DNA from: Moniliella sp. 'wahieum'
Taxonomy: Eukaryota
Direction of reading: 5' to 3'
DNA length: 64,000 nt
Assembly: GCA_003971905.1 (NCBI GenBank)
Contig: RSEE01000128.1
Coordinates: 62,001-126,000, forward strand
Shown here: one piece after another, positions 25,148-37,417 of the stretch
Layout of the letters: the number at the start of each line of letters is the position of its first letter
Numbering within the stretch: the stretch's first letter is position 1
Notes under the pieces: model-generated
The model's database searches: none
What the model saw: only the letters and a program-made list of their open reading frames with translations
What the model was told of the DNA's origin: nothing
Program-made: the position numbers and the translations under genes

Positions 25148-27342
25148 ATGGCCGCCCGCCGCCCCGGACGTCTGGCCATCATCGGCGCCGGCAGCGCCGG
25201 CCTGAGCGCCATCAAGGAGGCGCTCGATCGGAGGTGCGTCCCCGTCGTGCTCTCCCCTCGCCCCGCTAACCTCCCCGCTGCCCCCCGCCAGGCTTCCAGA
25301 TTACCGTGTACGAGCGCCGCGCCAAGACCGGCGGCCTGTGGGACCTGGACCGCCTCGAGCTGCTCCCCCCCGAGCCCGGTGCGCCCGCGAGCGAGGAGCG
25401 CTTCCCCGCCACGCTCGTGTTTGACAAGTACGGTGCGCCGCTCATCACCTGGTCCCGCGCCGCCGCTGCCGCCGCTCGGGGCGAGACGATTGCGCCGGGC
25501 CAGGCCGAGGCTGAGGAGGCAGCTCGCCGTCCCCCTCGGCCATCTACGAGGGCCTGCGTACCAACATCCCTTCTGACCTGATGAGTTTCCGCGACGATCC
25601 GTTCCCCGATGACGCTGCCCTCTTCCCCAGCGCACCCAAGTCTTGGCCTACCTCCAAGCCCGCCCGCAAGCTGGGCCTCGAGCCGCCGTCTGGAGAGCAA
25701 GCGACTGCTGCTACTACCGCGGCCACGGCGGCAGCGGCCGATGCTGCGGTGCAGCACCTGAACCCCGAGCAGGTCGACGTGCGTTTCCTCACCCGCGTCA
25801 AGACCCTCCACCGGTCCGTCCAAGGCCGAGGACCAGACAATGTGGATGGGCTCAAGCCCGGGACCAAATGGACGATCGTCAGTGAGACGGTGGCGCCGAC
25901 CGAAGAAAAGGACGGCAGCGCCGCCCCCTCTACTCCGACCGAGCGGGTGGACGAGTTTGATCAGGTGATTGTCGCGTCGGGGCGGTGCAATACGCCGGCG
26001 CTGCCCTTTATCCCAGGGCTGTGGAACTTTCGGGGAAAAGTGTTGCATTCGGCGTGGTACCGCCACCCCTATGCGTTTGCCCACCTGAACGTGGTGGTGG
26101 TGGGCAATGCTTCGTCGGGCTTTGACATTGCCGTGAAATGGTGGGCAAGGTAGCTCGCACTTTGCCCCTGCCTGAGCCATGGGAGAAAAACGCGTCGCCC
26201 TTCTCGGCCTCGCTCTTGGACACGGCCTCGCCCGAGGCAGCGACGGCAGCTTGGGTGGCCGGGTGTGGCAGCGAAGCGTACGGGGGAAGAGTGGTGCAGT
26301 CCGTGTTAGATTACGACCGCCCCCCCGGTCTCGACTTTGATCCGCGTGACCGGCGTCGCCAGCTTGGGCACGGCGCATCCGCGTCGTGCCTCGCATCGAC
26401 CACATTGATCCTCCCGACGAAGGCGGTGGACGCAGTACTGGCAAGATCTACTTTGCCGACGGTCGCTGTCTGGAGGATGTAGACGTGATTATCTTTGCCA
26501 CGGGGTACTACTACGAGTTCCCCTTTCTGGACCAGACCAAGGCCCCCTTCGCCAAGCGCCCGTTGCTGCCGCCGCCGCCGCCCAAGACAGCGATGGTGGA
26601 CGGAATTGGCGATGGACATTTTGCCCATGAAGCCCACGGCGGATACAAGAACGCGGTTTCGCCCAAGGCCATCCAGCAGCTGGCTGGCTACATCCAAGAG
26701 CGCCAGAACGGCCGTCCTTTCCACCGGTTGTGGCCGACGGGCCGGACTGCAGAACATGGATGAATGGCAGCTGTTTTACCGGTACGACGAGTCGCTGGCG
26801 TTTCTGGGCATGCCACTGCGCATTGTGCCCTTCCCACTGACGCAGGTGCAGAGCCGGTACATCATCCAGTACTGGGCGGCCTCTCTCCGCGCCTAACCAA
26901 GCTCAACCCCAACACGCCCCCGACCGATATCAATCGATGGGCCTACCGCCCGGCGCCCATTCCTCGTCCGGGCGAGAGCTGGGCGCAGGCCGATGCCGCC
27001 GCACGCGCACGGATCCCCGATGCGCCGCCCAACAACTTGACCCAGCACGACATTGGCACCCCGAGCGACATTCGCTACATCGACGGCTTGGTCCGCCACA
27101 TCAACCCGTCGCTGAACCCGTCTTGTCCGCCAGCAGCAATGGCATGGGCGATGGCGCAGTCCACCGCCCCGAGCGATGGGACCTCGTTCCGGTTTGGCGG
27201 CAGGAACGCCGTGCCCATGGCAAGTCCCTCCGTCGGCGCGAGCTGGGGTACTGAGGACGCTCGTCCCCACCGCCTTCCCCGATTGGTGCACTGGGACCGA
27301 CCTGATCGAGATTCTGCGACCGACCTGCTCTGGATTGTGCTA
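25148..27342 (+). CDS. Flavin-containing monooxygenase (class B, Fmo1-like); intron about 25234-25291; end approximate
   Basis: FAD motif IIGAGSAG, YERRAKTGGLW, IYEGLRTN, FMO signature FRGKVLHSAWY, NADPH motif VVVGNASSGFDIA and FATGY. Confidence 0.92.
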
Positions 27343-27497
27343 GGACCCACACCTGCATCTACGTTGATTCTTCTTTCCCTTGCTAGAGATACTTGGCCTG
27401 GCGGTGGCCTGCGCAGGGGGCACTGGGACAGAACGCGTGCTAGGCACAGGAGATAGATAACGGGGACAGGTAGGAGCAGGGAGAGGGAGGGTGGGGA

Positions 27498-28372
27498 CTA
27501 GGCATCGTCCGCCTGGAAGACCATACCATGGAACGCCGTCTCAGCCCGACCGAGATCGATGATGCCCTCGTCGCGAAGACCTTGTTTTTTGTAGAACCCC
27601 ACTGCGGTCGGGACCGCATTGAGCAAGAGGGGATCCCCTTCTTTCCAGCCTGCACCACGCCAGCGGGCTTGTCCCCGTCCTGAGGCTGCGCCTCGAGCGC
27701 CTCAACCTTGGCCTGGGCAAACAGTTTGGCGCCCACGCCCATTCCTTGGGCCGAGGGATCCACAACGAAAATGTTCACCACTGCGACAGAAGCGGTCAGC
27801 AGTCAGCGTACCCAAAGAAGGAAGGACGTACAGAGAAGACTATGGCTCGGTACATGCGCACGTTCCACGTCTTGCATCCCTGGATCATATCCTGAAACGC
27901 GGGACGATTGAAGCCAGGCGGGTCGGCCCAACGGGCGGCAAAAGCGCATCGGCCTCGTCCAACTTTTCTTGGCCTCCTCGTTTTGCGGACTGGGAGCAAA
28001 ATGTAGACCATCGCACCGACCAGACGGGTGGAGGCGTGCTGGAGCGCGGTGGCCTTCCACAAATACGTGCGGTACGGGCCGCGGAGCGCGAGCTGCGTGG
28101 GATCGGTCATGGCGAGGTAGGCGCGCTGCAGACACGTTGTCGCCATGCGTACAGCTCGGCCTTGGGGGCGGCCGGCCGGGAAGTGGGCGGGGACCGAGGC
28201 GCCGAGGGCTGCAAGCGGGGAGCGGCGGGAGGGGAGCGGGTTAGCGCAGTTCGCACGGCACAGGCAGGGAATCGGACGCGTGCGCACCATCCTCAAAGAT
28301 CTCGGCGAGACGAGGCAGGTCCGCGGCACGCCGGGCGGGGCCGCAGACGACCTGAGATGGGGAGGAAGCCAT
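27498..28372 (-). CDS. GNAT-family N-acetyltransferase; intron about 27781-27831
   Basis: ADLPRLAEIF; motif A FVVDPSAQGMGVGAKL; motif B (after a frameshift) NAVPTAVGFYKKQGL. Confidence 0.8.
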
Positions 28373-29653
28373 GGCACGTGCACGCGCAGCAGGGGCGAAG
28401 GCGAAGGAGATGGTGGTCGGGGCAGACAAGCCCAGTCCAGCGACGTGGGGCAGAAATATTTGGTTTCCAGTAGCGCATGTCGAGTCACTCATAGTCAGGC
28501 CTCAGGCCCGGTGCGGTCGGCGGCGATGCGCGGCACAAACCAATCTCCCAAGCGCCACGCTTCCCGGCGCGCTGGACTGGCCTGAGCGCCTGCGCGCTGA
28601 GCCTGAGCCTGACCGCTCGGAATCACACGAGTCATCCAACGCGTCCGGCCAGATCCCAGACCAGGATCAGACGCAGCACCCACGCCCTCGCAGCTCCGAA
28701 ATCTGCCTCGGACATACACTTCGTATCTCCGCTTCGAGCGGGGCCGCCGGGATGTACATGATGTGCTTCATGACTTGAGGCGCAGGCAGCAACACCTCAG
28801 CCGCTCACCCTCCACCCCCCTCATCGCCTCATCCCATCCCATCCCTGGCACGACCCATCACTGCCTTCTCTCAGATCCCGCGCCCACTGGGCACCAGGAC
28901 CGCCGGCATAGGTACAAACCAACCCGCATCCGCCCCCCAAGCCACTCTGGGTCTTCTAGAGGTGTTGGTGACGCCGTGTGATGGGGCCGATGGCAGATGC
29001 ACATGGCTATGGAAATCACGACGGCAGAGGCAACCAGAAACCACAGTGGAGGGAAAAAGCGGTAACGTGTGGTAAACCCCAACGCCCTGCTACATCAACA
29101 TCGCAGCAGCTGGCCCATGCTCTGGGTGTTGGTGATCCATTACTAGTTACTGCTTGTCCGTACAAACACATTCGCACAACCTATGGCGAGACCCACAGTG
29201 ATTCATGATCCAGCCACCACGAGCCTGCCTGGGCAGACCATCGCTCTCCACGACGAAGAACGACACGTTCTACACAACAGAGGCTGAGGTGGAACATGTG
29301 CAGGATCCATCCGCGCATGGTGGCCACTAGGAATGCCTACTCACCGCTCCTCCCCAGTGCTGTCACCACGGCCGGCAGCAGTGGCTCGACGCTTCGTCTT
29401 CGCTTGCTGAAGTGGAGCAGGCTCGAGCTCGGCGAGGCTCACGGCGAACTACAATGGAGTAGCGGTCGGCCGGGACAGAGGAAGGGCGAGTAGGTTGGCC
29501 TGCCGTTCGTACCCAAACAACGATGGCCATGGCGTCAGACAGGACGAAGACGGTGCGTGGCACTGCTGTGGCGCCCAGTGCGTAGGCGCTGGCACTTGGT
29601 CTTGCTCTGTTCTGTCCGTACGGGACCCGACCATGGTGCAGATGTTGGTTGAG

Positions 29654-30339
29654 TCAGTCGTCGCGCTGGACCGGGTCGCCCTTGGTATAGATGATTGTAT
29701 CCTGAGCCACAAAGCAGTAGTCGCCCGGGTGCATGTCGATGAGCTTGAATGTGACGTGGCACAGGCCGCGGCGGACAGTGAACGTGTCGCCGCGGTGGAC
29801 AGGGCGATAGGCTTCTTCGAAAAAGTAAGGCTGGAGAAACGTGTCGAGGAGGTCGTCGAGCTCATCATCTCCCATGCCCTCAACTGAGTCGGCCAAGGGC
29901 AGGACGTGGATGTACTCGCCGTACGGAACGTCGGTGCAAGCCGAGAGAAAAACCAGGCTGCCGCTGGACGCGCAGGTTGCCACATGCGCCCGTGGTCAGG
30001 CCAATCTGGCTGTCCTCCATGTCGGGGTCAGACAAGGCAAGCAACACCGTGTCCGTTTCTCCTCGCCCTGGAGCAGGATGGTGTCCCCACGGGCCAACCC
30101 CAGCTGCCGCATCGTCGTTTCGGACAGGCAGGCGACCGAGTCGTCGTCCATCGTCGACGCTTCGACAAAGAGTAGGTTGGCGGCTGGAATGCCAGCGGTG
30201 GGGGGTCAGATGCCCCGCACGGAATAGGAGGCGAGCGAGCCCGAGACAAGAGGCACGTACCGCGCTGCTGGCGCACGGGCGCCGTCGCCGTCGGCTCGGC
30301 TGTGGCGGACTTTGCTGCGGGACTGGCGTCGCCGGTCAT
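29654..30339 (-). CDS. Cdc48/p97 N-domain-only paralog (no AAA ATPase modules); intron 30184-30260; two frameshifts
   Basis: NLLFVEASTMDDDSVACLSETTMRQLGLARGDTILLQG..DTVLLALSDPDMEDSQIGL..NLRV..CTDVPYGEYIHVLPLADSVEG..FLQPYFFEEAYRPVHRGDTFTVR..VTFKLIDMHPGDYCFVAQDTIIYTKGDPVQRDD* is collinear with the whole Cdc48 N domain. Confidence 0.85.
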
Positions 30340-30351
30340 CGTCGCAGCAGG

Positions 30352-30480
30352 TGGGCAGGTGGGCAGGGGGCAGGGAGCAGGGGGCAGGGGGCAGGGAGCA
30401 GGGGGCAGGGGGCAGGAGCAGGGGGCAGGGGCAGGGAGCAGGGGGCAGGGAGCAGGGGGCAGGGGGCAGGGGGCAGGGGG
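30352..30480. repeat. G-rich 7-bp tandem array (GGGGCAG/GGAGCAG)n, about 18 units
   Basis: Directly visible, immediately upstream of the Cdc48-N ATG. Confidence 0.92.
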
Positions 30481-31005
30481 GAGGAGTGGAGTGGATGGTC
30501 GATGGGCGATGGAGCCCACCTAAGGCCTAGCCGCTGGCCACGCGGGGCGGGTGAGCAGTGTGTGCACCGGTGACTGGCTGCGCTGCCATCAACGTTGAAG
30601 TTCAGCTGAACCGAAGCGACCAGCGAGCGTTCTGCTCCCACCGAACCGCCTTCGGACAGGGCGAGGGGCGAATGGAGTGGGCCACATGCCATCTACGCCA
30701 AGAAGTATCCGGCTGTGACTACCTCGATTCTGTCGCCGTCTTGACCGCCGTCGTCTCTGGCAGCGGGAGGGGGCGGAAATGGGGGGTGCGGCCACTCTCT
30801 CCGCGTCGGCTGCTGCCACTGTGCGCTTCTTGGCATGCTACTGAAGCTACGCCCGCAGCTACGCGCCATGTCCATGTGCCCTTCTTCCCGCCGATGGGAC
30901 GCAGGCCGTCTGGAGGAGGAGGAGGAGGCGGCGGCGGCGGCGCCCGAGGTTGCCGTCGTCTGTCCCGACATCTCCGATGGCCCCAGCGCAATTCGCCGCT
31001 CGAGC

Positions 31006-31014
31006 TCACGTGAC
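31006..31014. promoter_or_regulatory. TCACGTGAC E-box (Cbf1/bHLH-type) upstream of HAT1
   Basis: The motif recurs at 32621, 43136 and 57103, all in intergenic promoter positions. Confidence 0.4.
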
Positions 31015-31131
31015 ATGTGATACGCCGTGGCAGGGCGGCAGATGACATAAGCAGCGCGACGCGTGCGCATGCGCGATGCTCGCGGCGCGCCTCGCTCCTT
31101 CTTCGGCCACCATCCGACCAAGATCCTACCA

Positions 31132-32604
31132 ATGACCGACGACTGGACCGCGTCGACGAACGAGGCCACGACGCTTGCGCTCGTCGGCACCCCCCACACC
31201 TTCCCCCGACCTTCACCTACCCATCTTTGGCGACGCCGAGGCCGTGTGGGGCTACCGCCACCCGCGCATCCGCCTCGCCCTCGGCTCGGCCAACCTGCGC
31301 ACCCTCCTCCACGTCGACTGGGCCGCACGCAACGACCAGGCAGGCAAGACGGTGGACGATGTGGCGGGGACGCTGCTGCCGTTTCTTGCGCCCGACGCGC
31401 GCCTCGCCTCGTCCGACGAGGACTACCAACTCTGTGCCGAGCTCGAGTCCGAGCAGGCCGCCTTCCGCCCGCCGGGCGAGGTCATTGCCCAATCACCCTA
31501 CCGCGTAAAAAAAGGCAAGGCGCGCTGGGCTTTCCTCCCGTGGTGCGGGGGTCGGGCGCGGGGCCGGAACTGGCGCCGACGCCGGAGCCTCGTCCACCGC
31601 CCCTCCACCCCAAGACGGACGGAAGTTCGAGATTGTGCGCTGTACCTGGCAGACGCCTGGGTTTGCGCCGCTGTTTCTTCGGTTGCGGGTACTTACGCTG
31701 CTCTTCATCGAGGGTGCGTCGTACTTTAGCCTGGACGAGCCTGGGTGGGAATTCCTGCTGTTGTACGAGCGGGTGGGCGAGGCAGGCTACGTGTTTGCTG
31801 GCTTTACCTCGCTCTATCACTTTTGGGTGTTCCCGGCCACGTCACGCGTGCGTCTGTCGCAGTTTCTCATCCTTCCCCGTTCCAGCACCAAGGCCTGGGC
31901 AGTCACCTGTACGCAGCGGTGCACAACCTTGTCCTCCGTGCTGGGCCGGGACCTTTCCCGCCCGCGCCGGGGGTGGAGGTGAGTGTGGCTGAGTTGACGG
32001 TCGAAGATCCGTCCGAAGCGTTTGATGCGCTCCGGGACCAAAACGATTTGCTCCGTCTGCTCCGGCCGGCCGAGGCGGCAGCGCTAGCGCCGATGGATGG
32101 CGTGCCCGTAGTGACCGAGGTGCGCGACGCGCTCGAGGCGGGCAAACTGGTGCCGCCGCTGGACGATGGCTGGGCGCGCGCCCAGCGCGCCACGCTCCGC
32201 CTCGCCGAGCGGCAGTGGGAACGCCTGCTGGAAATGGTGTCGCTCATGGCGGTCGTGCGCGCCGGACGGAGGGAAGGGTGGCGCATGTACCGGCGCATGG
32301 TCAAGCAGCGTCTCTACGCAAGAACGCCGACTGCGCCCAGCTCGACGCGATCACACGGCGGGTGAAGCTGCAGGAGACGTATGAGAATGTGGTGCGCGAG
32401 TATGGGGAGCGGGTGGGGGTGGCGGTGGCGGAGGCGGAGCTGCGGGAGGGGCTGCCGGCGGACCTTGTGCCGGTGGCGGAGGAGGAGGAGGAGGAGGAGG
32501 AAGAAGACGAAGACGAAACCCCCGGTGTGGGCGACAAGCGGACGCTGGCGTGGCTGCAGCAGCAGCTGGGCGCTAACAAGCGTTCTCGCCTCGACGAGCA
32601 ATAA
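31132..32604 (+). CDS. HAT1: Histone acetyltransferase type B catalytic subunit; frameshifted
   Basis: [57 protein letters not shown] and [16 protein letters not shown]. Confidence 0.95.
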
Positions 32605-32620
32605 ATAATGTGTGTCGCAT

Positions 32621-32630
32621 GTCACGTGAC
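32621..32630. promoter_or_regulatory. Palindromic GTCACGTGAC E-box in the short HAT1-ISWI gap
   Basis: Perfect 10-bp palindrome about 90 bp upstream of the ISWI ATG. Confidence 0.45.
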
Positions 32631-32721
32631 GCAGCTCGTAGCTCTTACCTCATCCCTGCGTCATCGATCATCCCCTCCCAGCCGCCGACGCGCCACCATC
32701 CGTCGTCCTCCCTCGTCCCCC

Positions 32722-35700
32722 ATGCCGTCCCCGTCCCCGCCGCCGCCCGAGCACGCGCCCCGCGCTCCAGCGCCAACACCGACACCGACGCCGACGTCGA
32801 TGCCGACGACGACGTCGACGCCAAGCCGCCGACGGCCGAGGCGCAGCGGCAAGCCGCCGAGTCGATGCGGCGGTTCAGCTACCTGCTAGGCCAGACCGAC
32901 CTGTTCCAGCACTTTCTGCGCCTCAAGCAGCAGCGCGACCCTGCCTTTGCCGCCGCCGTCGCGCGTGCTTCTCCGCACCTCGCCGCGCCGTCTGCCGCGG
33001 GCAGCGGGGGCCACACGCGCCGCGCGCTCCCCGCCTCCTCGTCCTCCGCCCCCCGCCGACGCAAGACCGAGAAGGAGGAGGACGCGGAGCTGCTGCAGAC
33101 CGAGGACGATGTGATGTGTTTTTCGGAGTCGCCGGCGTACGTGCATGGCACTCTACGACCGTACCAGATCGACGGGCTGAACTGGCTCGTCTCGCTCTAC
33201 CACAACCACCTCAATGGCATTCTGGCCGACGAGATGGGTCTGGGCAAGACGCTACAGACGATTTCCTTCCTTGGCTATCTCAAGCACGTCGCCGGTCTGC
33301 CGCGCTACTACCTCGTGATCGTGCCCAAGTCCACGCTGGACAATTGGCGACGCGAATTCACCCGCTGGGTACCCACGTTTGACACGCTCGTCTTGACTGG
33401 CACCAAGGAAGAACGCGCCGAGACAATTGCGACGCGCTTGGTGCCCGGTACATTTGATGTGCTGATCACGACGTACGAAGTATGTCTGCGGGAAAAGGCT
33501 GCGTTGCACAAGATCACATGGGAGTACATTGTGATTGATGAGGCGCACCGGATCAAAAATGCCAGCTCGCAATTGGCCCAGATTGTCCGCTCTTTCCCCT
33601 CGCGCGGCCGGTTGCTGATTACCGGGACGCCGTTGCAAAACAATTTGTTGGAACTCTGGGCGCTGCTCAACTTTCTCCTCCCGGACGTTTTTGCCTCCGA
33701 AGCCGACTTTCATGAATGGTTTGCCGGTTCTGGTTCCGGCTCGGATTCCGGTTCGGCTCGGATGCTGGATCCGCCGCCGAAGAAGGGGTGGTGCAGCAGT
33801 TGCACCAGGTGCTGCGGCCGTTTTTGCTGCGCCGGGTCAAGGCGGATGTGGAGAAGAGTTTGTTGCCGAAAAAGGAGGTGAATCTGTACGTGGGCATGAC
33901 GGAGATGCAGCGGAAATGGTACAAGGCCTTGTTGGAAAAGGACATTGATGCTGTCAATGGTTCGGTCGGCAGCAAGGAAGGCAAGACGCGACTGCTGAAC
34001 ATTGTGATGCAGCTGCGCAAGTGCTGCAACCATCCGTACCTGTTTGATGGCGCCGAGCCCGGACCGCCCTATACCACAGCACGAACCCTGGTCCAGAACG
34101 CGGGCAAGATGCTGGTGCTGGACAAGCTATTGCGCTACCTCAAGGCCAAGCAGTCTCGTGTCCTCATCTTTTCCCAAATGAGCCGCATGCTGGACATTCT
34201 GGAGGATTACTGTTACCTCCGCGAGTATGGTACGTCCCGCTCCTGTTTTTTTTTTTGGTTGTTTGTTTCTCTGTTCTTGCCTTGCTCACCTGCCCCCTCC
34301 CCCCACACCAGAGTACTGCCGAATCGACGGCAGCACGGCGCACGAGGACCGCGTGACGGCGATTGACGAGTACAATGCGCCGGGCAGCAGCAAATTTGTG
34401 TTTTTGCTCACGACGCGCGCGGGCGGGTTGGGCATCAACCTGACGTCGGCGGATGTGGTGGTGCTCTTTGACAGCGACTGGAACCCGCAGGCGGATTTGC
34501 AAGCGATGGACCGTGCGCACCGGATCGGGCAGACGAAACAGGTGTACGTGTATCGGCTGGTAACGGAGCACGCGGTGGAGGAACGTGTGCTGGAACGGGC
34601 GCAGCAAAAGCTTCGGTTGGACCAGCTTGTGATCCAGCAGGGACGCACCGTGCCCAAGGGACAGAGTAAGGCCGAGTTGGTGGATATGCTGCAGCATGGT
34701 GCCGAGCAGATCATCCGTAACGATGCGCCGCTCTTGGCCGACGAGCAAATTGAGCGCATCATTGCCGAGGGGGAAGAGCGCACACAGGCACTGCAAGCCA
34801 AGTATGCGCATTTGGGACTCGACGCACTCACGGCACACAGCGAGGGCGGGACGTACGAATGGGAAGGCAAGGATTTCCGTCCGGACGCGACCGGACCCAA
34901 GCGACTGTGGATCGAACCGGGCAAACGAGAACGTCATACCAACTACAACATTGATGGGTACTATCGTCAGATTTCCGGTGTGCCCGCGCGCCAAGCCCAC
35001 GGCCCCCGACCACATGGCCTGCTCGCGCTCAACGAGTGGCAGTTCTTCCCGCCCCGCCTCGCCGAGCTGCAGGAGAAGGAAGTGCTGGCATACCAAAAGA
35101 GCGTGGGGTACGTGCCGCCGGTGCGGGTCAAGGAGGGGGAAAGCGAGGCGGAAGCCGAGGCGGCGCAGCAGGCCGAGCAGGCGCAGATTGAGCAGGCAGA
35201 AGCGTTGACGGAGGAGGAGCAAGCCGAGAAGGCGCAGCTGGCCCAGCAGGGGTTCCCCACGTGGTCCAAGCGCGACCTGAGCTACTTTGTGCGCGGGTGC
35301 GAAAAGTACGGCCGCGGGGCGTACCGCGAGATGGCGGCCGACTGGCTCGACGGCGAGGGCGGCAAGACAGAGGCGGAGATCCGGGCGTATGCGCGGTGTT
35401 TTTTGTGCGCGGGGCGCGGCGGAGCTGGAAGGATGGGACAAGTATGTGGCGCGGATCGAGGAGGCGGCCGGGCGGCGCAAGAAGACGCAGGCGCAGGAGA
35501 AGGCGCTGCGGGCGTGGGTGGCGCAGTACGGCGGGCAGATGGGCGCGATGGAGCTGCCGTATGCGAGCGGCACGTCGGCGTACAGCGAGACGGAGGACAA
35601 GTTTCTGCTTGTGCGGCTCGCGCACCACGGGCTGGGCGAGGGCGTGTACGACACGATCCGCCACGAGATCCTCGCCTCGCCGCTCTTCCGCTTCGACTGG

Positions 35701-35901
35701 TTCTTCAAGGCGCGCGTGCCGGCCGAGCTGGCGCGGCGGGGCGCGTTCCTGCTGGGCATGCTCGACGGCAAGCGGCGGCGCGACGACAGCCGTGGTGGGA
35801 CGCCGACGGGGGGGGGAAGCGGCGCCGGCGGTGAGGCTGGTGAGGAGGGGGGAAATGTAATGGCATGGCATTGTCACCGGCCGATGGACGGTAGATGGTA
35901 G
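32722..35901 (+). CDS. ISW2: ISWI chromatin-remodelling ATPase (SNF2_N, HelicC, HAND-SANT-SLIDE); intron 34230-34311; end approximate
   Basis: [58 protein letters not shown] and [39 protein letters not shown]. Confidence 0.95.
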
Positions 35902-36192
35902 ATGGTCGAAGTACAATGTGCGATCGGAGGTCAGAGATCGGAGAGCAGCGCCACGGCGCGTGTGGTTTGGGTGTGTGTTGGCGCGGCGCGAACTTTCAGC
36001 CATGGTGTTTCGGCGGGGGCTGTGCCGCAGTGGCGCTCCGAGCGCGTCGTCGGAGCCCGCCGTCCAGCAGGCACCAGCGCGTGTACTGCCCACCGGACGC
36101 AGCTCAAGCCATCTTGGGCCTGTCGTGCGCACTGACACTAGTCACCGCCCTCTCCCCCCACTGCACCAGCAAACCAAGCCGCAGACCTGTGT

Positions 36193-36198
36193 TATAAA
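36193..36198 (+). promoter_or_regulatory. TATA box
   Basis: TATAAA about 60 bp upstream of ATG 36257, in very GC-rich context. Confidence 0.55.
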
Positions 36199-36256
36199 CC
36201 CCCAGCCGCAGCACCCGCCCGCCATCTTCTCGTCTTCCCCCCCCCCCCACCCCATC

Positions 36257-36894
36257 ATGCTCGCCCCCTCCTTCTCCCGCTCGCCGCGCTCCTCCTCCCG
36301 CTCGCCGGCGCCCTCGCCCCCCCTCCCGCCCCCGCGCCCAGACCGACCTCGTGTCCAAGGCCTACAACTCCTCGGGCACCCTCCACTTTGGCGACTTTGG
36401 CGACACGTGCGCGCCCGGCATCTGCTGGAACGCCAGCTTTGGCTCCGTCCGCAACGCCAGTGGCGCCGTCGAGCTGGCCCTGCGCGACCACGGCGCCCTC
36501 ATTGCCGCGAGACGTTCAGTTTCTGGGAAGTCGTCTCCACCACCCGCGGCACCAAGCGCGGCGACGGCTACGGCGTGCTCCAGTCCGAGCGCGGCAACTG
36601 CATCTCGCTCTCGCGCATGCCCACCTCGACCCCGACGTTGTGCCGTTCACTGCGGCGCCGTGCGTGTGGGAGGACGAGATGACGCTGCAGATGTGGCACA
36701 TGTTCGTCATGAACGAAAACGTCACCTACTTTGGCTTCTTTGGCGATAAGAAGGTCACTGGCACCGACACGCTCTATGGCTACAACCAACTCCTCCGACA
36801 GCAAAGCGATCATGGGCATGTACCTGCTGTCGGAGCAGTACCCGGCCACCGACTGGCTCTGGTACCGCACACCAACACCACCAACTCGGCCTGA
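36257..36894 (+). CDS. Small secreted Cys-containing protein (about 210 aa), unknown function; frameshifted
   Basis: Stitched frames give the signal peptide LAALLLPLAGALA, then SKAYNSSGTLHFGDFGDTCAPGICWNAS..GYGVLQSERGNCISL..FTAAPCVWEDEMTLQMWH, with several NxS/T sequons. Confidence 0.65.
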
Positions 36895-37417
36895 GGAGAA
36901 CTGATTCTGAGTCCTCATTCCTCCCCATCCGCCTCGCTTGCTTGCGTTTTTGTTTGATCTTTTTCTTTGGTTGGATGGGGTCGTCATTTAGCCCCACTGT
37001 TTGAACCTGTTGCTGTGCGGACAGTCGAGCGCACTGCGCTCCCCGCGAATCGAATTGCAGTCGCAATTCCATCCTCGTAGTCAGCCTCCCTGGGCCCATC
37101 CGTCCCGCCCGCACCGCCGTGCTCCATAGCCCCTCGCCAGGCCTCACGCCTCACGCGACTGCCTAGCGTCCCAGAACGAGCAGGGGGCAGGTCCCCTGGG
37201 CAAGGTGGCGACGTGCACACACACGGCGGAGAGCAATGCAACAACCGACTGAGTTAGCCAGCCCCCCCGAGGACAGGTGGGCTGGAATTGCACAGGGCAC
37301 CCCGACGAAGGTTTAGGTAAGCCCCCCCCCCCCAGTTACTTTTTTCGCCTCGCCCCTCCTCCGCCCTTGGGCTGCTCGGCCACCCCGAACGCCTCTGCTC
37401 GCAGCGCCTCCTCCGCC

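Noticed and set aside
25148..28372. FMO plus GNAT as a secondary-metabolite cluster
   Set aside because: No backbone enzyme (PKS/NRPS/terpene synthase), transporter or cluster regulator adjacent; flanked by housekeeping genes.
28700..29500. Short plus-strand frames between the GNAT and Cdc48-N
   Set aside because: No motif or consistent splice structure, and no Cdc48 D1 continuation on the minus strand; left unannotated.
29495..29887. Plus-strand 130-aa helical-looking ORF
   Set aside because: Antisense shadow of the Cdc48 N-domain coding region.
30352..30480. Repeat array as CRISPR or telomere
   Set aside because: No spacers, eukaryotic context, and the unit is not TTAGGG-like; it is a simple minisatellite.
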